From Nanobdellota archaeon (GTDB taxonomy: Archaea > Nanobdellota > Nanobdellia > Woesearchaeales > DATGWN01), in the NCBI GenBank assembly GCA_051819685.1, contig JBNJGI010000004.1, forward strand, positions 1 to 54,639: DNA of 54,639 nt, in the 5' to 3' direction. The notes beneath the pieces were generated by a model. The model saw only the letters and a list, made by a program, of their open reading frames with translations. It ran no database searches and had not been told where the DNA came from. Position numbers and translations under genes: made by a program. Below, in pieces: positions 20,943 through 30,453 of the stretch. The number at the start of each line of letters is the position of its first letter. Within the stretch, counting starts at the first letter, position 1.

Positions 20943-21491
20943 CTAAAGTTCATCCAACCTTTCAAGAAGCATCTCTACCGCTGAATTAACTTCGTTTTCA
21001 CCAGTTGTTCCTGTACAAACAATCTTTCCGTTAGAGAATAGAAGGAAGGTAGCTCTTGCATCAATTAGCTTATATACAAGACCAGGGAACTGTTCTGGTT
21101 CGTATTCTGTATTTTCAAGTTGCATAGCAAGATCGTTAAGATTTAAATCTCTGTATATATCACCTGCTGCTACTACATTCTGTATTTTTATTGCAGGTTC
21201 CACATTAATTTTTATATTAATTTTTTCAAGATATTTTATAATCTGATTCAAACTTTCCCTTACTTTTTCTATTGTTTTAGCTCCCGTACAAACCACTTTT
21301 CCGCTTGAAAATATAAGCGCTGAAGTTTTGGGCTCTTTTATCCTGATTACAAGACCAGGAAACTGTTCAGGATTATATTCAGTATTACTTAATGTTGCCG
21401 CCATCTTTTCTAAAGGTATATCGTGTTCAAGTGAAGTTGATACTACTATGTTGACAATCTTTGCGTCATAATCTTTTCCTTTTTTTGCCAT
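20943..21491 (-). CDS. tbp: TATA-box-binding protein
   Basis: Two repeats EY(N/E)PEQFPGLV...FS(S/N)GK(V/I)VCTG; start moved to ATG at 21491. Confidence 0.97.
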   Translation of the reverse strand: MAKKGKDYDAKIVNIVVSTSLEHDIPLEKMAATLSNTEYNPEQFPGLVIRIKEPKTSALIFSSGKVVCTGAKTIEKVRESLNQIIKYLEKINIKINVEPAIKIQNVVAAGDIYRDLNLNDLAMQLENTEYEPEQFPGLVYKLIDARATFLLFSNGKIVCTGTTGENEVNSAVEMLLERLDEL

Positions 21492-21785
21492 TAAAATCCC
21501 TCTTAAAGTTATTATAATATTTATTGTAATCAATCATTTATAAATGCTTCTTTTTAAATGTGGATTTTTGTATATTAATATTTAAAAAAACTTTTATAAA
21601 TATACTGATTTTTAGTTTTTATTAATATAAAGATATTGTATCTGTAAAATAATATTGAATATAAAATTATTGTTAAAGAAATATCTAAAAATCAAAAAAT
21701 CGTTTAAGCATTACTACATAAGCATTAATTCAAGAAAAAATCTTTAAAAGAATTTCTTAAAATAATACTTTGAAAATTTAACACT

Positions 21786-22034
21786 TTATTCAGCCTTAGG
21801 TTTTGCTTCATTAACTGTAAGCGGTCTTCCTTCGAGCTCTTTGCCATTCATGCCTTCCATAGCATTTTTTGCTTCTTCATCATTCGCGAATTCAACAAAA
21901 CCAAATCCTTTAGAACGATCTGTTCTTCTGTCCATTATTACTTTAGCTTCACTTACTTCACCGAATTCTGAAAAAACTTCTCTAAGCTTCTCGTCCCTGA
22001 CACTCCAGGGTAAATTTCCTACAAAAAGTTTCAT
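21786..22034 (-). CDS. RRM-domain RNA-binding protein
   Basis: RNP2 LFVGNL and RNP1 KGFGFVEF; RBS gaggagg. Confidence 0.95.
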   Translation of the reverse strand: MKLFVGNLPWSVRDEKLREVFSEFGEVSEAKVIMDRRTDRSKGFGFVEFANDEEAKNAMEGMNGKELEGRPLTVNEAKPKAE

Positions 22035-22219
22035 TTTTCCTCCTCACTAACTTTTGAAAGAGTTATTAATTCTTTCTAGACATTATACAAAATCCATCAT
22101 TTAAAAATTTATTTGATAATACAGCACTTGTGCTAAAAAAAATCATTTGGTTATAATGCAGATTTTCTGGAATTAAATTAAGCTTAAATTTTATAAATGA
22201 ATAAAAATCTTATATAAGT

Positions 22220-23467
22220 ATGAATGATATAAAAGGGATAACTGATAAAGTTTTAAAAAAAATTAAACCTTTAGATGAAGGTAAGTTTATTGTTGAAGAA
22301 ATCCTTAATAGTTTAAAATATAATTCTGATGATGTTGAATTCATGATAGGTGGAAGTTATGCTAAAGGAACACATATCGGTAATAAATTTGATTGCGATA
22401 TTTTTGCAAGGTTTAAGACTGAAGATAAAGATTTATCCAAAAAGTTGAAAGTTATTGTAGAAAAAGTTTGTAATTATTTAGGTTTGGAATTTATTAAAGT
22501 AAAAGGGTCAAGAGATTACTTCCAGATTTATTATAAAAATATAACTTTTGAAATAATTCCTGTTAAATATATAGAAGATGTTTCTGAAGCAGAGAATATT
22601 ATGGATTTTTCCCCTTTCCATGTAGCATGGGTTAAAAAAGAAATTTTTAGAAAAGATTTAAGAGATGATATCAGGTTGATGAAACAGTTTTTAAAAAGTT
22701 GCAGAGTTTATGGAGCTGAGAGTTATATAAAAGGCTTTTCAGGTCATGTGAATGATATATTGGTTCTTTATTATGGAGGGTTTATTGAGGCCATCAAAAA
22801 AATAGCTAAGTGGGATTTAAGAAAAAAGATTATTATAGATTATTGTAATTATTATAAAGGTAAGGATGTAGAATTTTTTATGCATTCTTCTAAAATTAAT
22901 TCTTCGTTGATTGTTGTAGATCCAATTATGAAAGAAAGGAATGCTGCTGCTGCTTTAAGTAGTGAGTGTTTAATTAAGTTAATTGAATGTGCTAAATATT
23001 TTTTGAAGAAACCTTCGGAAGATTATTTTATTGTTCCAGAGATTAATGAGGATTATGTTAAATCTGTTTTTGGAGGTAAGATTTTAAAAGTCGTTTTGAA
23101 AGTTTTTAATGATAAAAAAGATATTGCAGGTGCTAAAGCGTTGAAATCAATTGAGTATATTGTTAAAAGAATGAAGAAAGAAGGGTTTTCAGTTAATGGT
23201 TTTGACTGGAAATTTGATTTTGATTCAAGGAAAGCTTATGCTTTTATTTCATTGGATTCGTTTGAAATTGAATCCTTTTTTATCCGTAAAGGTCCTTCTT
23301 CAGATATGAAAGAAGCAGTTGAAGCTTTTAAATCAAAACATGATAAGGTTTTTGAGAAAAATGGTTTTATTTATTCAGAAGATGAAAGAAATTATACTGA
23401 TGTTAAAACACTTATTTTAGATCTTAAAGAAGATAATTATTTTGATGGAAGGGTTGAGATAGAATAA
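22220..23467 (+). CDS. cca: Archaeal class I CCA-adding enzyme
   Basis: GGSYAKGT...DCDIF, SPFH, VYGAESYIKGFSG, DP...RNAAAALS. Confidence 0.92.
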   Translation: MNDIKGITDKVLKKIKPLDEGKFIVEEILNSLKYNSDDVEFMIGGSYAKGTHIGNKFDCDIFARFKTEDKDLSKKLKVIVEKVCNYLGLEFIKVKGSRDYFQIYYKNITFEIIPVKYIEDVSEAENIMDFSPFHVAWVKKEIFRKDLRDDIRLMKQFLKSCRVYGAESYIKGFSGHVNDILVLYYGGFIEAIKKIAKWDLRKKIIIDYCNYYKGKDVEFFMHSSKINSSLIVVDPIMKERNAAAALSSECLIKLIECAKYFLKKPSEDYFIVPEINEDYVKSVFGGKILKVVLKVFNDKKDIAGAKALKSIEYIVKRMKKEGFSVNGFDWKFDFDSRKAYAFISLDSFEIESFFIRKGPSSDMKEAVEAFKSKHDKVFEKNGFIYSEDERNYTDVKTLILDLKEDNYFDGRVEIE

Positions 23468-23653
23468 AGATATTTATAACCTTATTTTTTAATATTGTTT
23501 CAGTTTATCTATAACTTTTTGTTGTTCTTTATATTTATTATTCGTCGTTTCAGACTTTATGAAAGTTAAATTTAAATAATTTAATTTCTAGTGATTAAAT
23601 ATTACTTTTTTCAAAAATATTTTTAAAGGCATTATTTATTTCTTATTTTATTT

Positions 23654-23726
23654 AGCCCCGTGGTGTAGCGGTCAATCATCATGCCCTCTGGAGGCGTGGA
23701 CTCCAGTTCGAACCTGGACGGGGCTA
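23654..23726 (+). tRNA. tRNA-Gln(CTG)
   Basis: Acceptor AGCCCCG/CGGGGCT (A1-U72, typical of archaeal tRNA-Gln), anticodon loop CT-CTG-GA, T-loop TTCGAAC. Confidence 0.95.
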
Positions 23727-23872
23727 TTTTTTTTCTAAGAAAATGAGATTCGAACTGGAACCAGTTCATCTTCAGAATCAAAGATTCTTCGATCTCTTCG
23801 TAAACTCAGAGAAACCTGGACGGGGCTATTTTTTTTTCTAAGAAAATGAGATTCGAACTGGAACCAGTTCAT
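23711..23872 (+). repeat. Direct repeat (59/60 bp) of the tRNA-Gln 3' end plus trailer, separated by a hairpin-rich spacer
   Basis: 23711-23769 equals 23813-23872 except T8 vs T9. Confidence 0.9.
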
Positions 23873-23954
23873 TATTAAGAAAATAATATATGAATTTCAG
23901 TTTTATAGTTAAAAAAGAAACAAATATTATACTAAAAAAAGTATAAAAAATAAA

Positions 23955-24146
23955 TCATTTTTCAGGAATTATTACCCATGCAATTATATATGCAATTATT
24001 CCAGTAAAGATTCCAGTAAATATAGTAATTAAAACCCATAATAATCTGATAACTGTGGGGTCTACATCAAAATATTCTGCAATTCCTCCGCAAACACCTG
24101 CTATCATTCTATCCTTTGAACGAAATAATCTTTTATTCTTTACCAT
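23955..24146 (-). CDS. pspC: PspC domain protein
   Basis: [31 protein letters not shown]...YIIAWVIIP. Confidence 0.92.
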   Translation of the reverse strand: MVKNKRLFRSKDRMIAGVCGGIAEYFDVDPTVIRLLWVLITIFTGIFTGIIAYIIAWVIIPEK

Positions 24147-24195
24147 GATAAATTATAAAATATTAATATTTATAAAATAATCGATTATAAAAATT

Positions 24196-24318
24196 ATGAT
24201 GAAAAACCAATTGTTTTTTGGAAAAGTGATTGATTATATTGGAAATGTAGAAGTAAATTCAGAAGATAGACCATCAGAAAATATTAAGATAATTAAGACT
24301 TCAGTAGTAAATAATTAA
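24196..24318 (+). pseudogene. Remnant of a cyclophilin-type PPIase C-terminus
   Basis: Manual translation MMKNQLFFGKVIDYIGNVEVNSEDRPSENIKIIKTSVVNN resembles the cyclophilin end (VFGKV...I..V.....DRP...I.I) with an internal deletion. Confidence 0.55.
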
Positions 24319-25502
24319 GTTCTTTTAATTAAATGAGCTTTGGAGATAAATGTGCATTTATAAGCAAATGCCTCTAATTTTTGACTTTTACTTAAGTTTT
24401 CAATTCCTGTAACAGGGTTTCCAACTCTAACTCTTATATTTCCTTTTGTTTTGTTTTCTTTGAAAGATAAATTGAATTTTATTTCTTTACTTGAATTTCC
24501 TGCAATTACTTGTGCTACTTGAAGAGAAGGTCTTCTGTTTCCAATCGGAGTTATATTTAATGTATCATCATAATCTATGTAGTAAGCATATTTCTTTTTG
24601 CATTTTATTTTAATTTTTGCATGGCTATTAATTGCAAATTCTTGTGGTGTATCTATTTCTTTTTCATCAATAAAAACCTGTATTATCTTAGGAACTTTAT
24701 CTTCAATATTTGCAATAATTACTTTTTTAATTTCTTTCAATATTTGTTTTATTTCTTCATTTGATTTATTGTCAGAAGTCATAAAATGGTAAACTTTGTT
24801 TAAAACTTTTTTATTTAACTTATAAAATTTGACTTGGTTTTGGGATAAAGTAATGAGGTTTTTTTCCAACATTTTATTAATTCTGTTGTATAAATGTAAG
24901 TATGTTTCAATAAATCTTAATAAATGCTCTCTTAAGTAAGATATATCTAATTTTTTCAAAGATTTATCTAAGTTAAGTATTTTTTCTATAAATATTTTAA
25001 TTCTCCCATCGTTTCTTATTTCAGATAATATTTCTAAAATTGTATCAAGATCATTATCATTTATTTTTTGTATTACTTCATATTTTTGACTTAAGAAGAT
25101 CACTGATTTATTGACTTCAGTTCTAATTATTGATAAATTTCCTTTTACTGAATTAAAATGTTCTTGTTTTCGTAGATAAGTTCTTATTTCTTCAAGTATT
25201 TTTTTTAAACCTACAAAAAACATAGCTAAATTTTTATCTCTGAAACTATTAATCCTTTGATCTTTAACATAAAATTTGTGTAATTGTTTTACAAAATAAT
25301 CTAAATTAGATAAACTCTCTTCAGGGATATAATTTTGTATTTGGTTCCTCAAATATAAAAATTTACGATAATATTTCCCCCAATCAGCAGTTTTAGCAGG
25401 AACACTTCGACCATTTTTATTTTCAAGAGCAATAATTCTAATCATATCATCAATATTATCTATTTCTATTCCAATGAAATTAATTATTTGATTGTTAAAC
25501 AT
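24315..25502 (-). CDS. Hypothetical protein (helical N-terminal part, beta-rich C-terminal part)
   Basis: 395-aa ORF overlapping the upstream stop; last of a 4-gene run. Confidence 0.7.
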   Translation of the reverse strand: MFNNQIINFIGIEIDNIDDMIRIIALENKNGRSVPAKTADWGKYYRKFLYLRNQIQNYIPEESLSNLDYFVKQLHKFYVKDQRINSFRDKNLAMFFVGLKKILEEIRTYLRKQEHFNSVKGNLSIIRTEVNKSVIFLSQKYEVIQKINDNDLDTILEILSEIRNDGRIKIFIEKILNLDKSLKKLDISYLREHLLRFIETYLHLYNRINKMLEKNLITLSQNQVKFYKLNKKVLNKVYHFMTSDNKSNEEIKQILKEIKKVIIANIEDKVPKIIQVFIDEKEIDTPQEFAINSHAKIKIKCKKKYAYYIDYDDTLNITPIGNRRPSLQVAQVIAGNSSKEIKFNLSFKENKTKGNIRVRVGNPVTGIENLSKSQKLEAFAYKCTFISKAHLIKRT

Positions 25503-26364
25503 TTTGTTGTCTATCTAGATTTGGTTGTAAAGGATTTTGAGAATCTTCCCTATTTTCATTACCTCTATCGGATTGTTGTTGATTTTCTTCGTTACTTCCA
25601 TTTTGTTGTTGAGATGTTTCTTCTCTTTCTTCTTCCGATTCATTTGTTTGGCTATTATCTGTTTCATCTTCAGAATTTTCTTGTTCAGCTGAATTTTCTT
25701 CTGATTCTTCTACATCACTATTATCTTGAGATATTTTATTTGAAATTATTAATAATTGTTGAATAATAAATATTAAACTTGCTAGCTTCTGTTTAGATTT
25801 CGTTCCACCAACCATTCCACCTAAAACACCATTGTTTCTGATAATATTAAAATTTCTATTAATACGATTAATATGAATAGATATAACTCTACTTCTCAAA
25901 GTTTCATCAGGAAGTTTTTTTTGATAATTGATTAACTCATTAGCACATCCATTTACAATATCATTAATTTGATTAATATCAGCATTATCCTCTAAAGATC
26001 CTGTTTTATTTTGTATATTTAAATGATCAAATCTTTGCTTTATTCTTGTATAATTTTCTTTCCATCTATTAATATCAATGTTTCGTGGATTGTTACGATT
26101 TATGTTCATTAAGTATGCATAAAAATCATTTAATGCATCAATAAGATCACTTTGCCCTTCATTATTATCGTTTGAAGAACTTCGATCATTACTTTGATTT
26201 CGGTCATTTATTGGATCTGTTTCATCCCCACTACTTATACCAGAGGTGTTTCCTGAATGACCTCCAAAAGCACAAAATAAAGCGGCTAATAATTCGTAGA
26301 TCATCCATATAGTAAGACCTAATTGCATGAATCCTAAAATGTGCCCTAAAAATTCAGTTGCCAT
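25495..26364 (-). CDS. Hypothetical membrane-anchored protein with acidic/Q/N-rich tail
   Basis: N-terminal TM, low-complexity C-terminus; RBS ggagg. Confidence 0.7.
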   Translation of the reverse strand: MATEFLGHILGFMQLGLTIWMIYELLAALFCAFGGHSGNTSGISSGDETDPINDRNQSNDRSSSNDNNEGQSDLIDALNDFYAYLMNINRNNPRNIDINRWKENYTRIKQRFDHLNIQNKTGSLEDNADINQINDIVNGCANELINYQKKLPDETLRSRVISIHINRINRNFNIIRNNGVLGGMVGGTKSKQKLASLIFIIQQLLIISNKISQDNSDVEESEENSAEQENSEDETDNSQTNESEEEREETSQQQNGSNEENQQQSDRGNENREDSQNPLQPNLDRQQNV

Positions 26365-27001
26365 CCTTGACCTCCTTTCTTAAAGTTAAAAGTGGTAATA
26401 TAAAAGATATAGCAACACCGTATTCTTTTGAAATTCCTGATATTAAAGTTATTGCAATCATTGCTATGAGAAAATTAATAAGATGATATATCCATTTTTT
26501 TTCATCATTATTGAAATGTTCAGAAATTTTAAGACCTATAAATATAAGAGCAATTGTAGGTAATGCTACTATCAATCCTATAAAAACAGCTGAATATAGG
26601 TTTCCTATTTCTATAATAAGATTTTCAGGTATAAATATTACTGAAATTGCAGCTATCGAGAAAGAAATTATTCCTGAAACTTTTTTGTTCTTGAATATGC
26701 CTTTTCCTTCATTTAAAGCATCTGCACGTCCACTCGGTCTAAAAACATCCCCATTCAAAATTCCTCCGTGGAGAACTGAATAAACAACTGCAAATATTAT
26801 TATGAATAAAGCGAATCTAGTCGCAGCCATCTGTTCACTTAAAGAATCAAGCCATACAAAACCTCCTATTTTAAATAAGAACATAAAGGCTTCTTCAATC
26901 ATTCCAAATGAATCAGAGAATAAACTGTCTGCAAATACAATAGGTAAAGAAAATAATAATGCTGATATACAATTGATTGTTTTTTTCATGATTGTTTTCA
27001 T
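26354..27001 (-). CDS. Hypothetical polytopic membrane protein
   Basis: Signal-like LPIVFA and about 5 TM segments; similar to the N-terminal half of 27049-28422. Confidence 0.75.
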   Translation of the reverse strand: MKTIMKKTINCISALLFSLPIVFADSLFSDSFGMIEEAFMFLFKIGGFVWLDSLSEQMAATRFALFIIIFAVVYSVLHGGILNGDVFRPSGRADALNEGKGIFKNKKVSGIISFSIAAISVIFIPENLIIEIGNLYSAVFIGLIVALPTIALIFIGLKISEHFNNDEKKWIYHLINFLIAMIAITLISGISKEYGVAISFILPLLTLRKEVKDGN

Positions 27002-27048
27002 TTTTTATTTATTTGGTTAACTTCTATTTAAACTTTTTCTTCACAATA

Positions 27049-28422
27049 TCAATTTCTTTCATCAGTAGCGGTTTCTTCTCCAGATTCTTCTGCTGATATA
27101 TCCTCCTGATTTGAAGAATTTTCATCCACTTCATCATTTTCAGATTGATTTCTTTCGTGATCTTTATGATAATTATTTTTATATAATTCAAAAAGCCTTT
27201 CTTCTTCTTTTTGTTCAATTTCCTGACCTTTTATGTATTTATTAAACTCACCTTCTATTATTTCAAGAGCTTTGATTGCATTTTGAAGTTCTTCAGTATT
27301 ATTATCATCAATGCCAGAATTTGCAAGTTTTTCTGTATAATTAAAAAGACCTTTTATGTTGTGATTAATATTGTCCAGCAATTCCATTTCTTGAGTGACT
27401 TTTTCTTCAATTTCACTAGTTGTTTGTTCTAAGTTTTCATCGCGTCTCAATAAATCTAAATCTGTAATTATTTTTTTGGAATCTTTATGTAATTTATTAT
27501 AAACTTTTTTTAAATTTTGAAGATCGTTTACTAATCTTTTTGATTTTCTTGAAACTAATGTTTGCGAGGAATTATTATTTAGTTTTTCAAGATCTTTTTT
27601 CACCCTTCTCAATAGATTCAAAAACCTTTCATCAAAAGAATTCTTCTTTTTTTCAAGATTTTTTAATTTGCCCATGACTTTTTTTTCTTTGTTTTGACTT
27701 ATATTTCCTCTTCCAAAAAAACTTCCTACTGATTTTCCAAGTATCCCTGGAGCGCTTGATGTAGGATCACCGCCAGCTTCGTGATGAATAGAGAGTCGAA
27801 GAACCGCTAAAATTATGAATATGAAAGCGAGCAAAAGTATTATTGAAGGTATCATAGCAAATATACTTAAAAAACTAAAACTACCTTTAGCCATGTCATT
27901 ATAAACTCCACGCCCTACTACTGCGCCAGCACTTGAATAACAAAAATATCCGAAAAAAAGTACAATTGAATATAAAAAATTCTTCCAGCCATCTGACATA
28001 TTTGAATCTTTTATTTTTAATAAAGCAGCAATTATGAATATTGTAGGTAGTAATCCTAAAAGAATATAACCGAAAATAGCACCATAAAGTGTCCCTGCAA
28101 TCTTTTCAACATTTGTAGGCATAAAGACGACACCTATTGCAGAGATTGCAAAACCTATAATTCCTGCAACTCTTTTATCCAACTTTAATTTCATTTTTTC
28201 AGAAGTTAAAGCGCTTTGTATTAAGACAGTTCCGACAATCAAAATAAGGAATTTGACAAAATATCCTTTTTGTGTTGGATTTTCAAGCCAGGAAAGACTT
28301 CCGAAAGAAACAACTTGAACTAACATTTCACTCATTTGAGAAAAAGGATCAAATTGTGATGCTGCGAATACAGCAGGGATATTTACTAAAAACCCCGTTA
28401 GTAGTAACATAAATTTTATCAT
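27049..28422 (-). CDS. Hypothetical polytopic membrane protein with coiled-coil and acidic tail
   Basis: Signal-like PAVFA, about 5 TM segments, long K/E/L-rich C-terminus. Confidence 0.75.
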   Translation of the reverse strand: MIKFMLLLTGFLVNIPAVFAASQFDPFSQMSEMLVQVVSFGSLSWLENPTQKGYFVKFLILIVGTVLIQSALTSEKMKLKLDKRVAGIIGFAISAIGVVFMPTNVEKIAGTLYGAIFGYILLGLLPTIFIIAALLKIKDSNMSDGWKNFLYSIVLFFGYFCYSSAGAVVGRGVYNDMAKGSFSFLSIFAMIPSIILLLAFIFIILAVLRLSIHHEAGGDPTSSAPGILGKSVGSFFGRGNISQNKEKKVMGKLKNLEKKKNSFDERFLNLLRRVKKDLEKLNNNSSQTLVSRKSKRLVNDLQNLKKVYNKLHKDSKKIITDLDLLRRDENLEQTTSEIEEKVTQEMELLDNINHNIKGLFNYTEKLANSGIDDNNTEELQNAIKALEIIEGEFNKYIKGQEIEQKEEERLFELYKNNYHKDHERNQSENDEVDENSSNQEDISAEESGEETATDERN

Positions 28423-28459
28423 AATGTTTTATCAGAAAAGATATTTATAAATGTTCTGT

Positions 28460-28631
28460 TAAAATAGTCAACGACAGAGGATTGTTATATTTTTATATTG
28501 GTTTGCAGAAAACCCAGAAATTTAGCTAGACTAATTATGTCAAATTTCGTAATAGGTAAATCATTAGTGTTTAATTATTATGCGCAATATAAAATACATT
28601 TTATTTATGTCAGCGACTAACAAAAATAACT
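28460..28631 (+). repeat. Dispersed non-coding repeat family B, copy 1
   Basis: 28507-28579 is the exact 73-bp reverse complement of 34339-34411; flanks are similar but diverged. Confidence 0.9.
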
Positions 28632-28674
28632 AGAGCAATTATATTAAGAAATGATATAAGTGATAGAAATTCAA

Positions 28675-29034
28675 TTATTTAATTTTATCTATTAAATTCA
28701 CATTATACAAACGATTTCTTGCTTCATGAAGATCAGGATTATCATCAGAACATTCAGCATAATATAAAGTACCTAAACATGTTTCTCTTAAATCTTCAGG
28801 GAAATTTCCGTCATTTATTCTATGAACACTAAGTTCAAAGTACATCAAAGGCCTCTCAGGAAATTCCCACAAATGCGTTTCGGTTTGCATTTCATTTTCT
28901 TTTGAATCAGGTGGAAAATATACTGCATAATCATTAAATGTTTCATTTAATTTATTAACCAATACACGTTTTCCACTATACCTATCAATATTTTTAGAAT
29001 CTTCAACAAAAAAATTTTTTTTTACTGGTCTCAT
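28675..29034 (-). CDS. Hypothetical protein
   Basis: 119-aa ATG ORF. Confidence 0.55.
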   Translation of the reverse strand: MRPVKKNFFVEDSKNIDRYSGKRVLVNKLNETFNDYAVYFPPDSKENEMQTETHLWEFPERPLMYFELSVHRINDGNFPEDLRETCLGTLYYAECSDDNPDLHEARNRLYNVNLIDKIK

Positions 29035-29139
29035 CAGGTGAAGAATGTATCTACTTATTAATAAATATTTTTATTGTTAAGTATACAAAAAAATAATTTA
29101 TAATGCTAAAAATTTTTACTTATGGATTAAGAAGGCCAG

Positions 29140-29213
29140 ATTCGCGTTCCTGTAAATATTTAATTAATCATTACAAATTAAAAAATAATTTTATGAATGC
29201 ATCATCACACATT
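29140..29213 (+). repeat. Highly degenerate copy of repeat family A
   Basis: attcgcgttcctgtaa...caaattaaaaa...atcatcacacatt resembles 35967-36042. Confidence 0.45.
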
Positions 29214-29317
29214 CTACTGTTACAAACTTTAAATTTACAAAAATTTAAATAAGGGAAAAGAAATTATAGCATTATAGAGTTTATATTGTGAGGATGTCTT
29301 AGTAAAAAAGAGGTAAG

Positions 29318-30319
29318 ATGGAAAAAAAGAGTTATGATGTAATAACATTTGGAGGATGTACTTTAGATATCTTTGCAGACACTTTTGACAGGAATCATCT
29401 TTCTAAAAGAGATAAAAAAATGCGCTATGAGCATGTTATTTCTTATCCTGTTGGAGAGAAGATACTTATCAAATATATGGAAACTTCTATAGGAGGAGGA
29501 GGTACGAACACTGCACTCACTTTTTCTAAATTCGGTCTTAAGACAGCTTATTGCGGATGTGTTGGGAATGATAATACTGCAAATATAGTAAAAGATTTCC
29601 TTGAAAAAAATAATATTGATTTTTTTGGGCATAAATCTAATAAAAATAGTGGACTTTCAGTAATACTTGATAGTATTGAACATGATAGAACTATACTTAC
29701 ACATAAAGGTGCTAATGATGATCTTGATTTTAATAGAATCAAGCTACCTTCTGAGACCGGGCTTTTCTATTTCAGCTCTTTACTTAATGGTGCTTTTGAG
29801 ACACAAAAGAAATTAATGAAACTGGCAGAAAAGAGAAAAATAAGAACTGCTTTTAATCCAAGTTCATATGAAGCTAAACAAGGTGTAAAAAAACTTAAAG
29901 ATGTTCTTGAAAAAACTAATATACTTATCTTGAATAAAGAGGAAGCGCAGGATCTTCTTGAAGATCTTGATCCTCATCCTTCTTCATTAGCTAAAAAATT
30001 GAAAAAATACTTAAATAAATCATCTTTAGTTGTTATTACGGACGGACCAAATGGCGCTTACACATATGATGGATATATTACTTATAAAGTGATTCCTGGA
30101 AATATCAAGGTTGTTGAATCAACAGGGGCAGGAGATGCTTTTGCTAGCGCTTTCATTTCTTCTCTTATTAAAGGAGAGAGTATAAGCTCTTCACTGAAGA
30201 TAGCCACTGCTAATTCTGAGTCTGTTATTACTCATAAAGGTGCTAAAGAAGTAATTCTTACATATGAGCAAGCTAAAAAAAATGCAAATAAATCTAAGTA
30301 TAAAGTTGAGAAAATCTAG
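29318..30319 (+). CDS. PfkB/ribokinase family carbohydrate kinase
   Basis: GGGGTNTA, LNKEEA, TDGPNGA, ESTGAGDAF. Confidence 0.92.
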   Translation: MEKKSYDVITFGGCTLDIFADTFDRNHLSKRDKKMRYEHVISYPVGEKILIKYMETSIGGGGTNTALTFSKFGLKTAYCGCVGNDNTANIVKDFLEKNNIDFFGHKSNKNSGLSVILDSIEHDRTILTHKGANDDLDFNRIKLPSETGLFYFSSLLNGAFETQKKLMKLAEKRKIRTAFNPSSYEAKQGVKKLKDVLEKTNILILNKEEAQDLLEDLDPHPSSLAKKLKKYLNKSSLVVITDGPNGAYTYDGYITYKVIPGNIKVVESTGAGDAFASAFISSLIKGESISSSLKIATANSESVITHKGAKEVILTYEQAKKNANKSKYKVEKI

Positions 30320-30453
30320 ATAAGATTAAATTTATAATTATTTATCTGGCCTTTTTTATAAAATAAAAATTTAAAGTAATAAATTTAAATTAAATTTTAT
30401 AAAAAAATAAATCAGGCAGTAATTTTTTAAATAACAGATTAATACTTATAGTT

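Noticed and set aside
23711-23872. Possible CRISPR mini-array or second complete tRNA
   Set aside because: Only two ~60-bp units derived from the tRNA 3' end, no cas genes, and the second copy lacks the 5' half and anticodon arm
28519-28570. dif/Xer-like site (ttatgtcaaat resembles a XerD arm)
   Set aside because: No matching 11-bp arm at 6-bp spacing, so it does not fit the 28-bp dif layout
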